DNA of 64,000 nt from Thermoanaerobaculia bacterium (lineage in GTDB: Bacteria; Acidobacteriota; Thermoanaerobaculia; UBA5066): positions 3,680,001 to 3,744,000 of the forward strand of contig CAVRAY010000001.1 in NCBI GenBank assembly GCA_963719225.1, given 5' to 3'. A program made the position numbers and the translations under genes. Shown piece after piece: positions 26,851 through 37,321 of this stretch. Each line of letters starts with the position of its first letter. Position 1 is the stretch's first letter. A model generated the notes under the pieces. That model ran no database searches, was not told the origin of the DNA, and saw only the letters and a program-made list of their open reading frames with translations.

Positions 26851-28362
26851 TCACGGCTGGACGCCGGGCAGGTGGAAGGGGCCATACGTCGCGAGCAGGA
26901 AAACCGCCGCGCTGAGGAGCGCGGTCAGGTACGTGACGCGGTCCCGCGTCGCGAAGAGCACGGGATCCTCGTCCATCTCTCCCCGGTTGACGAGAACCCA
27001 GATCCGGCTGATCCAGTAGAGGAAGACCGGGACGAGGAGCCAGAGCCATGCCGGGCTCGCGTAGAAGCGCCTCACGGTATCGCTCTGGAGGTAGAGGGCG
27101 AGGACGATGGCGGCCAGGTAGCCGCTCGTGATGCCGCTCGTCTGCACGACGAGGTGATCCCACGTGAAATACGCGCGTCCGTGGGCCTCGATCGCCTCGG
27201 ATCGCTTCAGCCGGACGAGCTCGGAGGCTCTCTTGCAGAACGCGAGGCTCAGGAACGTGAAGACCGAGAACGCGAGGAACCACGGCGAGAGGAGGAGCCC
27301 CGTGGCGGCGCCGCCGAGCAGGACGCGCAGGGTGTAAAGGAACGACAACGTGAAAACGTCGAGGAGAACCAACCTCTTCAAAGACACGGAGTAGGCCGTC
27401 GTCACGACGAGGTAGACGCCGATGAGCTTCGCCGCGTCGGGCGGAAGGCGCAGCGAGATCGCGAAACCCGCCGCAATCAGGACCAGCGACAGGACGAAGG
27501 CGTACGGGATCGGCAGGCTGCCGGTCGCGATCGGCCGGCCGTGCTTTCTCGGGTGCTTGCGGTCGGAATCGAGGTCCAGAAGGTCGTTGATCAGGTAGAT
27601 GCCCGACGCGCAGAGCGAGATCGCGAAGAACGCCAGGGCCCCTGCCATGAGGACGGTCGTGTCCTGGGCCTTGTGAGCAGTGATGATCGGGATGAAGACG
27701 AGCAGATTCTTCACCCACTGGCGCATCCGGATCGCTTCGACGACCGTCGCCACGGTCAGCGGAGCCGACGGGAAAGACTCGGCCAGGTTTCCATCCCGCC
27801 GCAAGCCGCTTTCGATGCCGGAAGAAGCGTTCACGGCGATGGCGCGCCGCGCCTTCTTCCAGACGGGAAGATCGGCCGGCCCGTTCCCCGCGTAGTCGAA
27901 TCCCCGATCGCCGAAACGCTCCACGAGCGCCCGAGCCTTCGTCTCCCCCTCGAGGTTCGTCGTCCCATCGCTCCCCATCACCTCGTCGAAGAGCTCGAGG
28001 TGCGCGGCCACCTGCTCGGCCCACCGGACGTCGGAAGCGGTGACGAGGACGAGACGCCGTCCACGGCTCTTCTCGGTGCGCAGGAATTCGACGAGGCGCT
28101 CGTTGTAAGGCAGAGAGGAAGCCTCGAGGACGACGCGTCGGGCGACTTCCCTCTTGAAGCCCGCCCTCCCTCGCGAGAGCCAGAAAGGCGCCTGGACGAG
28201 AGGGACGAAGCCTCCTTTCGAAAGGCGCGCGAGACCCTCGTAAAGGAGATCGCTCCGGATCAGGGTCCCGTCGAGGTCGACACAGAGGGGAATGCCGGCG
28301 CTCGAGGAGTCCTCGGGCTCCTGGCCTTCCTCCGTTCCGGTTGCATCCGAACGAAACCCCAA
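26851..28362 (-). CDS. UbiA-family prenyltransferase with N-terminal HAD-like domain
   Basis: CVDLDGTL..YAGN..DLPVW; RQWVKNLLVF, YLINDLLDLDSDRKHPRK..RPIA; TTG start after TAGAAT-N6. Confidence 0.88.
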   Translation of the reverse strand: MGFRSDATGTEEGQEPEDSSSAGIPLCVDLDGTLIRSDLLYEGLARLSKGGFVPLVQAPFWLSRGRAGFKREVARRVVLEASSLPYNERLVEFLRTEKSRGRRLVLVTASDVRWAEQVAAHLELFDEVMGSDGTTNLEGETKARALVERFGDRGFDYAGNGPADLPVWKKARRAIAVNASSGIESGLRRDGNLAESFPSAPLTVATVVEAIRMRQWVKNLLVFIPIITAHKAQDTTVLMAGALAFFAISLCASGIYLINDLLDLDSDRKHPRKHGRPIATGSLPIPYAFVLSLVLIAAGFAISLRLPPDAAKLIGVYLVVTTAYSVSLKRLVLLDVFTLSFLYTLRVLLGGAATGLLLSPWFLAFSVFTFLSLAFCKRASELVRLKRSEAIEAHGRAYFTWDHLVVQTSGITSGYLAAIVLALYLQSDTVRRFYASPAWLWLLVPVFLYWISRIWVLVNRGEMDEDPVLFATRDRVTYLTALLSAAVFLLATYGPFHLPGVQP

Positions 28363-28420
28363 GCGGAGATTCTAAGCCGATGCTCACGCGGCACCCGCCG
28401 GCGGCGCTAGACTTCGCCCT

Positions 28421-30951
28421 CTGGCGATCGCGGCGGGATCACGTCTAGGGCCCTATGAGGTGCTTTCTGCCCTCGGCGCGGGCGGGATGGGAGAGGTGTA
28501 TCGCGCAAAGGACACGCGGCTCGGACGAACGGTCGCCTTGAAGGTACTGCCGGAGGATTTCCTGGAAGATGAAGATAGGAGACAGCGGTTCGAGAAAGAG
28601 GCGCGCCTCCTTGCGACCCTCAATCATCCCGGAATCGCCGCCATCTATTCATTCGAAGAAATCCCCGATTCTTCGGGCTCCCCCGGCTCTCCAGCCTCCT
28701 CGGCCCGCCACGTCATCGTGATGGAGCTTGTCGAGGGCGAGACTCTGCGCCACGCATTTCCGCCGGAACCGCTTCCCACGAAGAAGCTTCTCGAGATCGG
28801 GGCGCAGATCGCCGACGGGCTCGCGAAGGCGCACGCGGCCGGAATCGTCCACCGCGACCTGAAGCCCGAGAACGTCATGGTGTCCCGCGAGGGCTGGGTG
28901 AAGATCCTCGACTTCGGTCTCGCGAAGGCGGTCGAGAAGCCGTCGGACAATCTCTCGGTTGCCGCGACGGCGTCCGGAACGGTCCCGGGCATGGTCATGG
29001 GCACGGTCGGATACATGTCCCCGGAGCAGGCGAGCGGCAAGCCGGCGGACTTCCGGTCGGACCAGTTCTCTCTCGGAACGATGCTCTACGAGCTCGCGAC
29101 GGGACGGCGCGCCTTTCAGCGTGACAGCGCGGCGGAGACACTCGTGGCCGTCATCCGGGAAGAACCCGAGCCGCTCGCGAAGCTGAACGCGCGTCTTCCG
29201 GCGCCGCTTCGCTGGATCGTGGAGCGCTGTCTCGCGAAAGACGCGGACGGCCGCTATGCCTCCACGCGTGACCTCGCGCGGGACCTCGCCACGCTCCGCG
29301 ACCGGCTGTCGGAGACCGTCTCCGGCGAGATCGCCGCGGCCGATACGGTCGAGGCGCCGGCAGGCGAGCTTCCCACGTTTCAGCGACTCAGCTTCCGGCG
29401 GGGAACGATTCTCTCCGCGCGCTTCGCCCCGGATGGGCGCACGGTGATCTACGGCGCGGCGTGGGAAGGCGAGCCCTGCCGGCTTTTCTCGACGCGCCCC
29501 GAGAGCCCCGAGTCGAGCCCGCTCATGCTGCCGGACGCCGAGATCCTGGCGATCTCGCGCACGGGCCAGCTCGCGATTTCCCTCGAGCGCCACTGGGCGG
29601 GCCGGTTCATCTGGAGCGGCACTCTGGCGCAGGTTCCGCTTTCTGGCGGGGCCCCGCGCGAGCTTCTCGAAAACGTGCACTGGGCGGATTGGGGACCCGA
29701 AGGCACGCATCTCGCCGTCGTGCGCTCCGTAGCGGGCAAGACGCGGCTCGAATATCCGATCGGCAAGGTGCTTTACGAGACCGGCGGCTGGGTCAGCCAT
29801 CCGCGTGTCTCGCCGAAGGGCGACCTCGTCGCGTTCCTCGACCACCCGACCCTCGGCGACGACGAGGGCTCCGTCGTCGTGGTGGACCGCGCCGGCAAAA
29901 GCACGGTGCTCTCGAAAGACTGGATCACCGCGTACGGACTCGTGTGGTCGGGCGACGGAAAGGAGATCTCGTTCACGGCGACGCGTGTCGGCGTCGCGCG
30001 ATCGATCTGGTCAGTCACTCTCGAGGGAAAGGAGCGGCTCCTCGTCCGCACGCCCGGCGAGCTGACGATCCAGGATGCGTCCGCCGACGGCCGCATCCTC
30101 CTGACGAGCGACAACGGGAAGGTCGGGATCATCGGGCGTCCGCCCGGCACGGACCGCGACCGGGATCTCTCCCTCCTCGATTGGTCGCTCGTGCGCGACA
30201 TCTCACCGGACGGGAAGCTGATTCTTTTCGACGAGAGCGGGGAAGGCGGCGGCGCGCGCCACGCGGTCTACGTGCGCCGCACGGACGGCACGCCCGCCGT
30301 GCACCTCGGCGAAGGCTGGGCCGGGAACTTCTCGCCGGACGGCCGGTGGGTTGCGTCGCAGAGCATGGCGCCCGAGGGCCGGCGGATCACGCTCCTGCCG
30401 ACGAAAGCCGGCGAGCCCCGGGAGCTTCCGAAGGACGAGCTGCGCGTCCACCGGGCGTGGTGGCTCCCGGACGGCAAGCGAATTCTCGTGGCGGCGAACG
30501 CGCCCGGCGAGGGCCTTCGCGTCTTCGTGCAGGGCCTCGAGCGCGAGCCTCCCGGCCGATCACACCCGAGGGCATCGGGATGGGCTTCTTTCCCGTTTCT
30601 CCGGACGCGAGCGCCGTCGCAGCGCAGGGTCCGGACGGGCTCTTCTACGGATTTCCGATCGAGGGCGGAGATCCCGAATTCGTTCCCGGCCTCGTCGCGG
30701 AGGACCGCCCCATCCGGTTCTCACCCGACGGCAAGTCTCTCTTCGCCTACCGCCGCGGCGAGCTACCCGCCCACGTCATCCGCCTCGACCTCGGAACGGG
30801 CGAGAAGCATCCCTCCCAGGAGCTGATGCCGCCCGACGCCGCCGGCGTCGTGGAGATCGTTTCGGTCGTGCTCACGCCGGACGTCTCGTCGTACGCCTAC
30901 AGCTACCACCGAATCCTGTCGGACCTATTCCTCGTCGACGGGCTGAAATGA
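28421..30951 (+). pseudogene. Ser/Thr kinase + PD40/TolB-like beta-propeller, split by a frameshift near 30545 (true lesion or assembly error)
   Basis: RLGPYEVLSALGAGGMGEVY, HRDLKPEN, DFG; SPDG repeats; frame changes at VQGLE / ASRPITPEG and continues to SDLFLVDGLK stop. Confidence 0.75.
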
Positions 30952-30968
30952 GCCGGTCGGCCTGACGG

Positions 30969-32105
30969 TCAGGCAGCCGCCGCCTTGACGGGGACGACCT
31001 CGCCGAGCGCGGAGACGAACACCTGCGTCTGCGGCCGCGTTCCGACGCTGACCCGCAGCCAGTTCGGGAGCGACGGGAACTTCCGCCCGACCAGGATTCT
31101 CTTCGACCGGAACGCCTCGATGACGGGCGCCACGTCTCCGCCGACGTCGATCATGACGAAGTTCGTCTCGGATGGCATCGTGCGACGACCCTGCTTCGCG
31201 AGCTCGGCGACGAGCCACCGGCGCGTGTCGTTCAGGGCCTTCCTCTGGCGGGGCACGAGCTGCGGATCGGCGAGGCATTCGAGGGCCGCGGCGAGAACTG
31301 CCGAGTTCGTGTTGCTCCACGAGGCGAAGGGTTCCATCGTCTTGATCTTCGGCGCGGCGCCGACCGCGTATCCGAGGCGCAGCCCGGCCATCCCGTAGAT
31401 CTTCGAAAACGTGCGAGCCACGACGACGTTCGGGTGCGCCGCGATCAGCTCGCACGAGCTTCTGTAGCGCGGGTCTTCCACGAAGTGGTGGTAGGCCTCG
31501 TCGACGAGGATCGTCGTGGCCGCCGGCACACGCGCCACGAAGGCTGCCATCTCGTCGCCCGAGACGAGCGTCCCGGTCGGGTTGTTCGGGTTGCACACGT
31601 AGACGAGACCGGTCGACGCGTCGCAGGTCTCGGCCATCCGCGGCAGGTCGTGCCGGAAGTCGGCCGTGAGGGGAACCTTGACGCCGTCCGCGTGGAGCAC
31701 CTTCGCGAACATGAGGACCGCCTCGAAGGTCGGCTCGGCCGCGATGACCCGCCGGCCCGGGCCGGTGAAGGCCATGTCCGCCATGCGGAGGATCTCGGAG
31801 GAGCCGCAGCCGAGGACGACGTTGTCCGTCGCAACTCCGTGGTGTTTCGCGATCGCCGCGCGGACCTCGTCCTCGAGCCCGTCGGGATACCGGTTCGGGG
31901 CGGCCTTCGCCGCGGCTTCGAGCGCTTTCGAGGACGGCCCATACGGGTTTTCGTTGGAGTTCAGGAGAACGGCGTCCAGAGGACGCGGCCGACGCGAGGT
32001 CGCGGCCTCGGCCGTGCGGCACACGAGCGGCGAGTCCAGGAGGGCCGCTCCGGCGGCGGCGCCGAGCGTTCCGGCAAACGTACGGCGTGAGATGGCAAGC
32101 GGCAT
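30969..32105 (-). CDS. HisC-like PLP aminotransferase with Tat signal
   Basis: ISRRTF signal; LNSNENPYGP, NPNNPTG, DEAY, RTFSKIYGMAGLRLG. Confidence 0.88.
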   Translation of the reverse strand: MPLAISRRTFAGTLGAAAGAALLDSPLVCRTAEAATSRRPRPLDAVLLNSNENPYGPSSKALEAAAKAAPNRYPDGLEDEVRAAIAKHHGVATDNVVLGCGSSEILRMADMAFTGPGRRVIAAEPTFEAVLMFAKVLHADGVKVPLTADFRHDLPRMAETCDASTGLVYVCNPNNPTGTLVSGDEMAAFVARVPAATTILVDEAYHHFVEDPRYRSSCELIAAHPNVVVARTFSKIYGMAGLRLGYAVGAAPKIKTMEPFASWSNTNSAVLAAALECLADPQLVPRQRKALNDTRRWLVAELAKQGRRTMPSETNFVMIDVGGDVAPVIEAFRSKRILVGRKFPSLPNWLRVSVGTRPQTQVFVSALGEVVPVKAAAA

Positions 32106-32194
32106 GACGTCCTCCTCGTTCAGATCCATCCGATCATCTCGCACTTCGGAAGGTGTCGGCGCCGGCGAAATGCCGGCAGATAGAATCGCGAGAC

Positions 32195-33207
32195 GTGACG
32201 ACCCTTTCGGTTGCGGGACGCTTCGGCCTCGTTGCACTTCTTCTCGCCGGTACCGCGCGAGGAGAAAGTGTCGTTCGTCTCAGCGCCGTCAACCCGAAGG
32301 CGGTGTACCGGCCGGGCGAGACGATCGCCCTCGAAATGACGTGCGCGCCGGGCATGAAGGGAACCGCCGTCATACGCCTGGAGGCCGGCGCTTTGCCGCC
32401 ATGGGAGGACGGAAACGTTCGCAATGCCGTTCCGAAATGCCCCCGCGCGCGCTTCGAGGTCCAGGTCCCGCCCGACTTCGTAGGCCGTGCCAAGGTCTCG
32501 GCTCTCCTGGGCGGCAGAGTTGTCGGCACTTTCACGTTCAAGGCGAAATCCCTCATGGCCCCGATCGATCTCCACATCACGTCGTCCGGCGCCCAGATCG
32601 ACCCGGACGAATGCTCGACCATCGCTTTCGATCCCGACCATCCAGGTCGCGTGTGGGTGCAGTTCGTCGCCGAGCAACCGGACGGGACGATCTTCGACCT
32701 GTGCAGAGGAGCGGACATTCGGGTGACGACGGACCCTTCCGAGTGGTTTCGCTTCAAGGCCGACGGTCACGCCTGCTCGATCACGTCCCGACGAGAGGGC
32801 ACGTTCAAGCTCGCGGCGTCGTACGGCGGCCTCCGCAAGGAGTTCGCCTGTCGAGTCCAGAACTTCGAGGGCCCGTCGAGCGTGGAGCCGGCAGCTTCGC
32901 CGGTGCCCCTGCCCAAGGTCTCAACGCCCCCGGCGGGACAGCGCGCGGAGGAGTCCCCCCGCGTCGACCCGGAGACCCCCCGAGGATCTCGATTCCGGAT
33001 TTCCGGCAGGATCCTCACAAGCTCGACCGTCATCCGATGGACGTCGGCCGCTGCCGTCTCGTCGAGCACTGGACCACGGGTTATTGCTACATCTACAGTC
33101 TTCGCAGGTCCGAAAAGGTGTCTCAAAACACCGACGCCCCCTGCGACGACTTCGACGAGCTCCGAAAGCGCATGACCCGGGCGATCGAGAAGGGCCATTG
33201 CGACTAG
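32195..33207 (+). CDS. Secreted Cys-containing hypothetical protein, possible frameshift near 32955-32981
   Basis: GTG after TAGAAT; signal peptide; annotated frame ends 33175, but a protein-like tail lies in another frame ending 33207 after two C6 runs. Confidence 0.5.
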
Positions 33208-33251
33208 TCGTCGTGGAAGCGCGCGCGTGGAAGTAGGTTGCGCGTCTCCGC

Positions 33252-33280
33252 TTGACTGATGCATATTGAATCACCATACT
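33252..33280 (+). promoter_or_regulatory. sigma70 leaderless promoter of vapBC
   Basis: TTGACT-17-CATACT, 7 nt before ATG; TGCATAT repeats as possible operator. Confidence 0.75.
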
Positions 33281-33287
33281 TCTGCAT

Positions 33288-33506
33288 ATGCGAACGACGC
33301 TGATCCTCGATGATTCGCTGATCGAGAAGGCCAGAAGCCTGACCGGCCTGAAGGAGAAGACTGCGATGGTCCACGCCGGTCTCGAGGCGCTCATCGCTCG
33401 CGAGAGCGCCCTGCGCCTCTCGGCGCTCGGAGGCTCCGAGAAAGGCGCCCGGCTCCCGCTGCGGCGACGCCCCGCTCCCGCCCGGAGGCCGAGGACGAGT
33501 CGTTGA
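33288..33506 (+). CDS. vapB: VapB antitoxin (RHH type)
   Basis: MRTTLILDDSLIEKARSLTGLKEKTAMVHAGLEALIARE; overlaps PIN gene. Confidence 0.88.
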   Translation: MRTTLILDDSLIEKARSLTGLKEKTAMVHAGLEALIARESALRLSALGGSEKGARLPLRRRPAPARRPRTSR

Positions 33507-33859
33507 TCCTCGTCGACACGTCCGTCTGGATCGATCACTTGAGACGCAAGAACGCCCGCCTTTCCGCGCTCCTCGAAGGTGGGCTCGTCCTTCTTCATCC
33601 GTTCGTCGTCGGGGAGTTGGCGCTCGGCCACCTCCGGCGGCGCACGGAGATCCTCGGGCTTCTCTCGGAGCTGCCGCAGGCCAACGCGGCGCAACATGAC
33701 GAGGCCCTCGAGTTCGTCGAACGACACGGACTCACGGGCAGCGGTGTCGGATGGGTCGACGCCCACCTCCTCGCTTCCGCGGCGCTCAGCCACGCGTCGC
33801 TCTGGACGCTAGATCGAGGGCTCGTCCGGGCAGCCGCGCGGCTGGCCCTCTCCGCCTGA
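33503..33859 (+). CDS. vapC: VapC PIN-domain toxin
   Basis: ILVDTSVWIDHLR, VVGELALG, VGWVDAHLLASA, LWTLD. Confidence 0.92.
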   Translation: MILVDTSVWIDHLRRKNARLSALLEGGLVLLHPFVVGELALGHLRRRTEILGLLSELPQANAAQHDEALEFVERHGLTGSGVGWVDAHLLASAALSHASLWTLDRGLVRAAARLALSA

Positions 33860-33862
33860 TCC

Positions 33863-34150
33863 TCAGACGTCGGAGGGCGCCGGCACGTCCACTTTGTCCA
33901 CGATCGCCACGATGAGCGATCTCACGGGCGCCCTCGGGTCCGCGAGGATCTGGCGCGCGGAATTCCCTTCGTCCTCCACGAGGACCGTCTCCCCCACTCC
34001 GGCGCCCACCATGTCGAGCGCGAGGATGTAGCGGGTGCCGTCGAGCGTTCCGTCCGGCAGGACGGCTCCCACGAGGAGCTGTTTTCTCCCGCTGTAATAA
34101 GGGTGCTGGACCGTGCTGACGACCGTTCCGAGGACGCGGCCGAGGATCAT
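33863..34150 (-). CDS. BMC-P pentamer vertex protein (EutN/CcmL family)
   Basis: MILGRVLGTVVST..ALDMVGAGVGETVLV..GNSAR..IVAIVD. Confidence 0.9.
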   Translation of the reverse strand: MILGRVLGTVVSTVQHPYYSGRKQLLVGAVLPDGTLDGTRYILALDMVGAGVGETVLVEDEGNSARQILADPRAPVRSLIVAIVDKVDVPAPSDV

Positions 34151-34156
34151 CAGCGC

Positions 34157-34211
34157 CCTCGCCTTTCGGCTCGGCCGCCGCACGTACCTGCGATCCTCGC
34201 CTGTGGCTCGG
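34157..34211. repeat. Two imperfect direct repeats (REP-like) between BMC-P genes
   Basis: CCTCGCCTTTCGGCTCGG (34157-34174) and CCTCGCCTGTGGCTCGG (34195-34211). Confidence 0.5.
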
Positions 34212-34220
34212 CTCTCCGGT

Positions 34221-34508
34221 TCATCGCGCCGGCTCCGGTTTCTCCAGAAAGTGTTGGTCGACGATTCCGACGACGGCGTGATCCACGGGGATGAACCACG
34301 GTTCGTGGAGGAGCGCCGCCTCGCGGGCCGCCTCCCACGTGACGAGGTCGCCGGAGGAGGCCTGCGCCGAGGCATCCGTGGCGACGAACGGGTCGCCGTC
34401 GTCGAGGAGGTCCGCCGTGAGCGGCCGGACGATCAGGAGCTTCAGCCCCTTCATCGCGTCGGGTTTCACCGTCGCGACGAGCGTGCCGATGACCCTTCCG
34501 AGCCTCAT
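34221..34508 (-). CDS. BMC-P pentamer vertex protein (EutN/CcmL family)
   Basis: MRLGRVIGTLVATVK..GLKLLIVRPL..PVDHAVVGIVD. Confidence 0.9.
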   Translation of the reverse strand: MRLGRVIGTLVATVKPDAMKGLKLLIVRPLTADLLDDGDPFVATDASAQASSGDLVTWEAAREAALLHEPWFIPVDHAVVGIVDQHFLEKPEPAR

Positions 34509-35116
34509 CCGCGAAACTCCTTGAAGAAACGGCTCGGTGAGCCGAGCGTTTCCCGCACGGCAGCGTCGGCTCGCGGGATGACGGCCGTCGAGGTGCCTTG
34601 CGTAGCGGCCTTCTCGAACGAGATCCGCGCGAGGGAGATCGCGGCCGCCACGTCGTGCGTCTCGCCCCAGAGGCTCGCGATCGCTTTTCCGCCCAGCCCG
34701 TCCCCGAGGCGCAGCTCCACGAGGTCCACGAGCGCTCCCTTGAGCGCGGCGTCGACGGCGCGAACGAGAGCCGGAGGCGTCGCGGCCTGAAGGACGCCGA
34801 GGGTGTCGCCCGGGGCGGGCCAGCGGATCGCACCCGTTCCGATCGCGGGCGCGAGCCGGGCCTCGGCGTTCGGAAGGAACACCTCGTCGACGGCGTGCGA
34901 GCCCGCGACGTCGAGCGCCCGGCGCCACGAGCGCTCCACGGGCCCGACCTCGCCGGAGAAAAGGATCAGATAGCGGCCACCGTGGATCGTGCCCGCCTGA
35001 AGCACGTCCACGTCCGCTTCCTTCGCGAGCGCGTCGAGAACCCACAGGCCCGGCGGAACCTCCTCGAGAAGGAGCATCGCGAGCGCGGGGCCGGGAGCTT
35101 CGCCTTTCACCGGCAC
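34505..35116 (-). CDS. Tandem BMC-domain shell protein (BMC-T, PduT-like)
   Basis: Two BMC repeats: LDALAKEADV..GRYLILFSGEVGPV and VDAALKGALV..GLGGKA..GETHDVAAA. Confidence 0.88.
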   Translation of the reverse strand: MPVKGEAPGPALAMLLLEEVPPGLWVLDALAKEADVDVLQAGTIHGGRYLILFSGEVGPVERSWRRALDVAGSHAVDEVFLPNAEARLAPAIGTGAIRWPAPGDTLGVLQAATPPALVRAVDAALKGALVDLVELRLGDGLGGKAIASLWGETHDVAAAISLARISFEKAATQGTSTAVIPRADAAVRETLGSPSRFFKEFRG

Positions 35117-35117
35117 G

Positions 35118-36596
35118 TCACACGATCCGGAAGTGGTCGACGAGGGTGCAGCGGCGCCAGCGGGAGAACGAGCGCGGGCTCGTCATCCCTTCGCCCGTCG
35201 GCGATGCGATCGTGAACGAGGTGTAGCCCTCGCCCCCGTACCCGAGGCCGGCCAGGTTCGAGCCGTTCTTCACGAAGATCGAGCAGTTGCACCGGCGGGC
35301 CATCGTCGAAAGGGCCGCGATGTCGTGGGAGTGCATCGTGGCCGTGTGATAGTTCGCTCCCTCGGCCGCGACGGCGAGATCGATCGCGTCGTTCACGTTC
35401 CTGACGCGGGTGAGCGGCAGCACCGGCATCATCTGCTCGGTCCAGATGAGGGGATGCTCGTTCGGCACCTCCACGAGAACCGTGCGCACCTCGGGTCCCG
35501 CCGTGATCCCGAGCTCCCTGAGGATCACCGACGCGTCCTTGCCGATGTACTTCTTGTTGACCACGGCGTGCCCGCGCGGCCCCGCCCCTTTCTCGAAGAT
35601 CAGGTTCTCGAGGCGCGAAAGGTCGCGGGCGGGAAGCTCGAAGGCTCCGGCTTTCTTCATCGCCCCCTTCAGCGCGTCGGCGATGGAATCGACGGCGATG
35701 ACTTCCTTCTCGTCCGTGCAGATGACGTTGTTGTCGAACGAGTGTCCGAAGACGACGTTGCGTCCGGCCATCTCGATGTCGGCCGTCTCGTCGACGATGG
35801 CGGGCGGGTTGCCGGGCCCGGCGGAGATGGCCCTCTTGCCGGAGTTCATCGCGGCGGCCACGACGGCGCCGCCGCCCGTCACGACGAGGAGGCGGATCCG
35901 GGGATGCTTCATCAGCTCGCCGGCGGACTGAATCGTCGGCTCGGCCGTACACGCGACCGTGTTCGGCGGTCCGCCCGCGCGCGTGATCGCGGCGTCGAGG
36001 AGCCGGACCGTCTCCTGGGACACCCTTTTCGCCGAGGGGTGCGGGTTGAACACGACGGCGTTCCCCGCGGCGATCATGCCGATGGAGTTGCAGATGATCG
36101 TTGAAGAAGGGTTCGTGACGGGCGTGATCGCCCCGATGACGCCGAACGGAGCCGGCTCGATGAGGGCGAGGCCGTGATCTCCGGAGGTGGCCTGGGGGAA
36201 GAGCTCCTCGGGGCCCGGCGTCTTGTTCGTGACGAGGCTGTTCTTCTGGACCTTGTCCTCGACGCGGCCGAGGCCGGTCTCCTCCACGGCCAGCGCCGCG
36301 AGGGAGCGGGCGTTCTGGCGCATCGCCTCGCGCATCGACTCGATGATCGCGTGCCTCTTCTCCAGACCGAGCGCGTCGAGCCCTCGGAACGCCGCCGAGG
36401 CCGCCGCGACCGCGTCGTCGAGCTTCGAGAAGACACCGCCTCCGAGACTCGACGATCCGCCGATCTGCTGCGAGAGTTGCGGCGCCCGGCTCTGCGCCGC
36501 CGGGGGCGGCAGGGGTCCCGCGTTCCCTTCCGCCGCAAGCTCGCGGGCGATCAGCTCCGCGAGGCGCCGGATCTGGTCGGGGCTAGACGCGCTCAT
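35118..36596 (-). CDS. Acylating aldehyde dehydrogenase (EutE/PduP family) with N-terminal encapsulation peptide
   Basis: [17 protein letters not shown] helix; [49 protein letters not shown]. Confidence 0.93.
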   Translation of the reverse strand: MSASSPDQIRRLAELIARELAAEGNAGPLPPPAAQSRAPQLSQQIGGSSSLGGGVFSKLDDAVAAASAAFRGLDALGLEKRHAIIESMREAMRQNARSLAALAVEETGLGRVEDKVQKNSLVTNKTPGPEELFPQATSGDHGLALIEPAPFGVIGAITPVTNPSSTIICNSIGMIAAGNAVVFNPHPSAKRVSQETVRLLDAAITRAGGPPNTVACTAEPTIQSAGELMKHPRIRLLVVTGGGAVVAAAMNSGKRAISAGPGNPPAIVDETADIEMAGRNVVFGHSFDNNVICTDEKEVIAVDSIADALKGAMKKAGAFELPARDLSRLENLIFEKGAGPRGHAVVNKKYIGKDASVILRELGITAGPEVRTVLVEVPNEHPLIWTEQMMPVLPLTRVRNVNDAIDLAVAAEGANYHTATMHSHDIAALSTMARRCNCSIFVKNGSNLAGLGYGGEGYTSFTIASPTGEGMTSPRSFSRWRRCTLVDHFRIV

Positions 36597-36906
36597 CGCC
36601 GTAGCCGTGCTCGGACGAGTTCTTCTCGAAGAGCGTCTCGCCGCCGATCTCCCACGTGTCCACGATCGCCATGACGACCGCGTCGCAGGGGCGGTCCTTC
36701 GTGACCTCGGTCTGGCGCGCCGAGGAGCCGGACGCGTAGAGGACGTACTCCCCGAGGCCGCAGCCGACGGCGTCGTTGGCGACCACGAATCCACCCTCCT
36801 TGAGGTTCTCGGGGTTCACCTGCCGGAGCAGGAGGAACTTGAGCCCCTCGATCTTCGGGTCCTTCCGCGACGCCACTACGGTTCCGACGACCTTTGCCAG
36901 GAGCAT
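36583..36906 (-). CDS. eutN: BMC-P pentamer vertex protein (EutN/CcmL family)
   Basis: [48 protein letters not shown]. Confidence 0.9.
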   Translation of the reverse strand: MLLAKVVGTVVASRKDPKIEGLKFLLLRQVNPENLKEGGFVVANDAVGCGLGEYVLYASGSSARQTEVTKDRPCDAVVMAIVDTWEIGGETLFEKNSSEHGYGDERV

Positions 36907-36939
36907 GGCCTCACCGCCTCCCTTGCACCGTGGCGCCGC

Positions 36940-37257
36940 TTACTTCTTTCCGTGCGCGCCGGTCTCCTTCCCGGCCTCGGCCGTGCGGCCGAGCGGAAGG
37001 ACGAGATCGACGTTCACGTGCGGGCGGGCGATGATATGAGTCGTCACGATCTCGCCGATGCGGGCCGCTCCGTTCTGCCCGGCGTCGACGGCCGCTTTCA
37101 CCGCCGCCACGTCGCCGCGGATGATGGCGGTGACGTAGCCTCCCCCCGTCTTCTCGTAGCTCACGAGCTCGACCTTCGCGGCCTTCACCATCGCGTCGGC
37201 CGCCTCCACCATTGCCGCGAACGAGCGGCACTCGATCATTCCCAGTGCTTCGGCCAT
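36940..37257 (-). CDS. BMC-H hexamer shell protein (EutM/PduA-like)
   Basis: ALGMIEC..EAADAMVKAAKV..GDVAAVKAAVDAG..HIIARPH. Confidence 0.95.
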   Translation of the reverse strand: MAEALGMIECRSFAAMVEAADAMVKAAKVELVSYEKTGGGYVTAIIRGDVAAVKAAVDAGQNGAARIGEIVTTHIIARPHVNVDLVLPLGRTAEAGKETGAHGKK

Positions 37258-37321
37258 CTGGACCCTCCCTGTTTCCTTCTCTCCCCGCCTCCGGGTTGCT
37301 TCTCTCTCGTCATGCCGTGTT

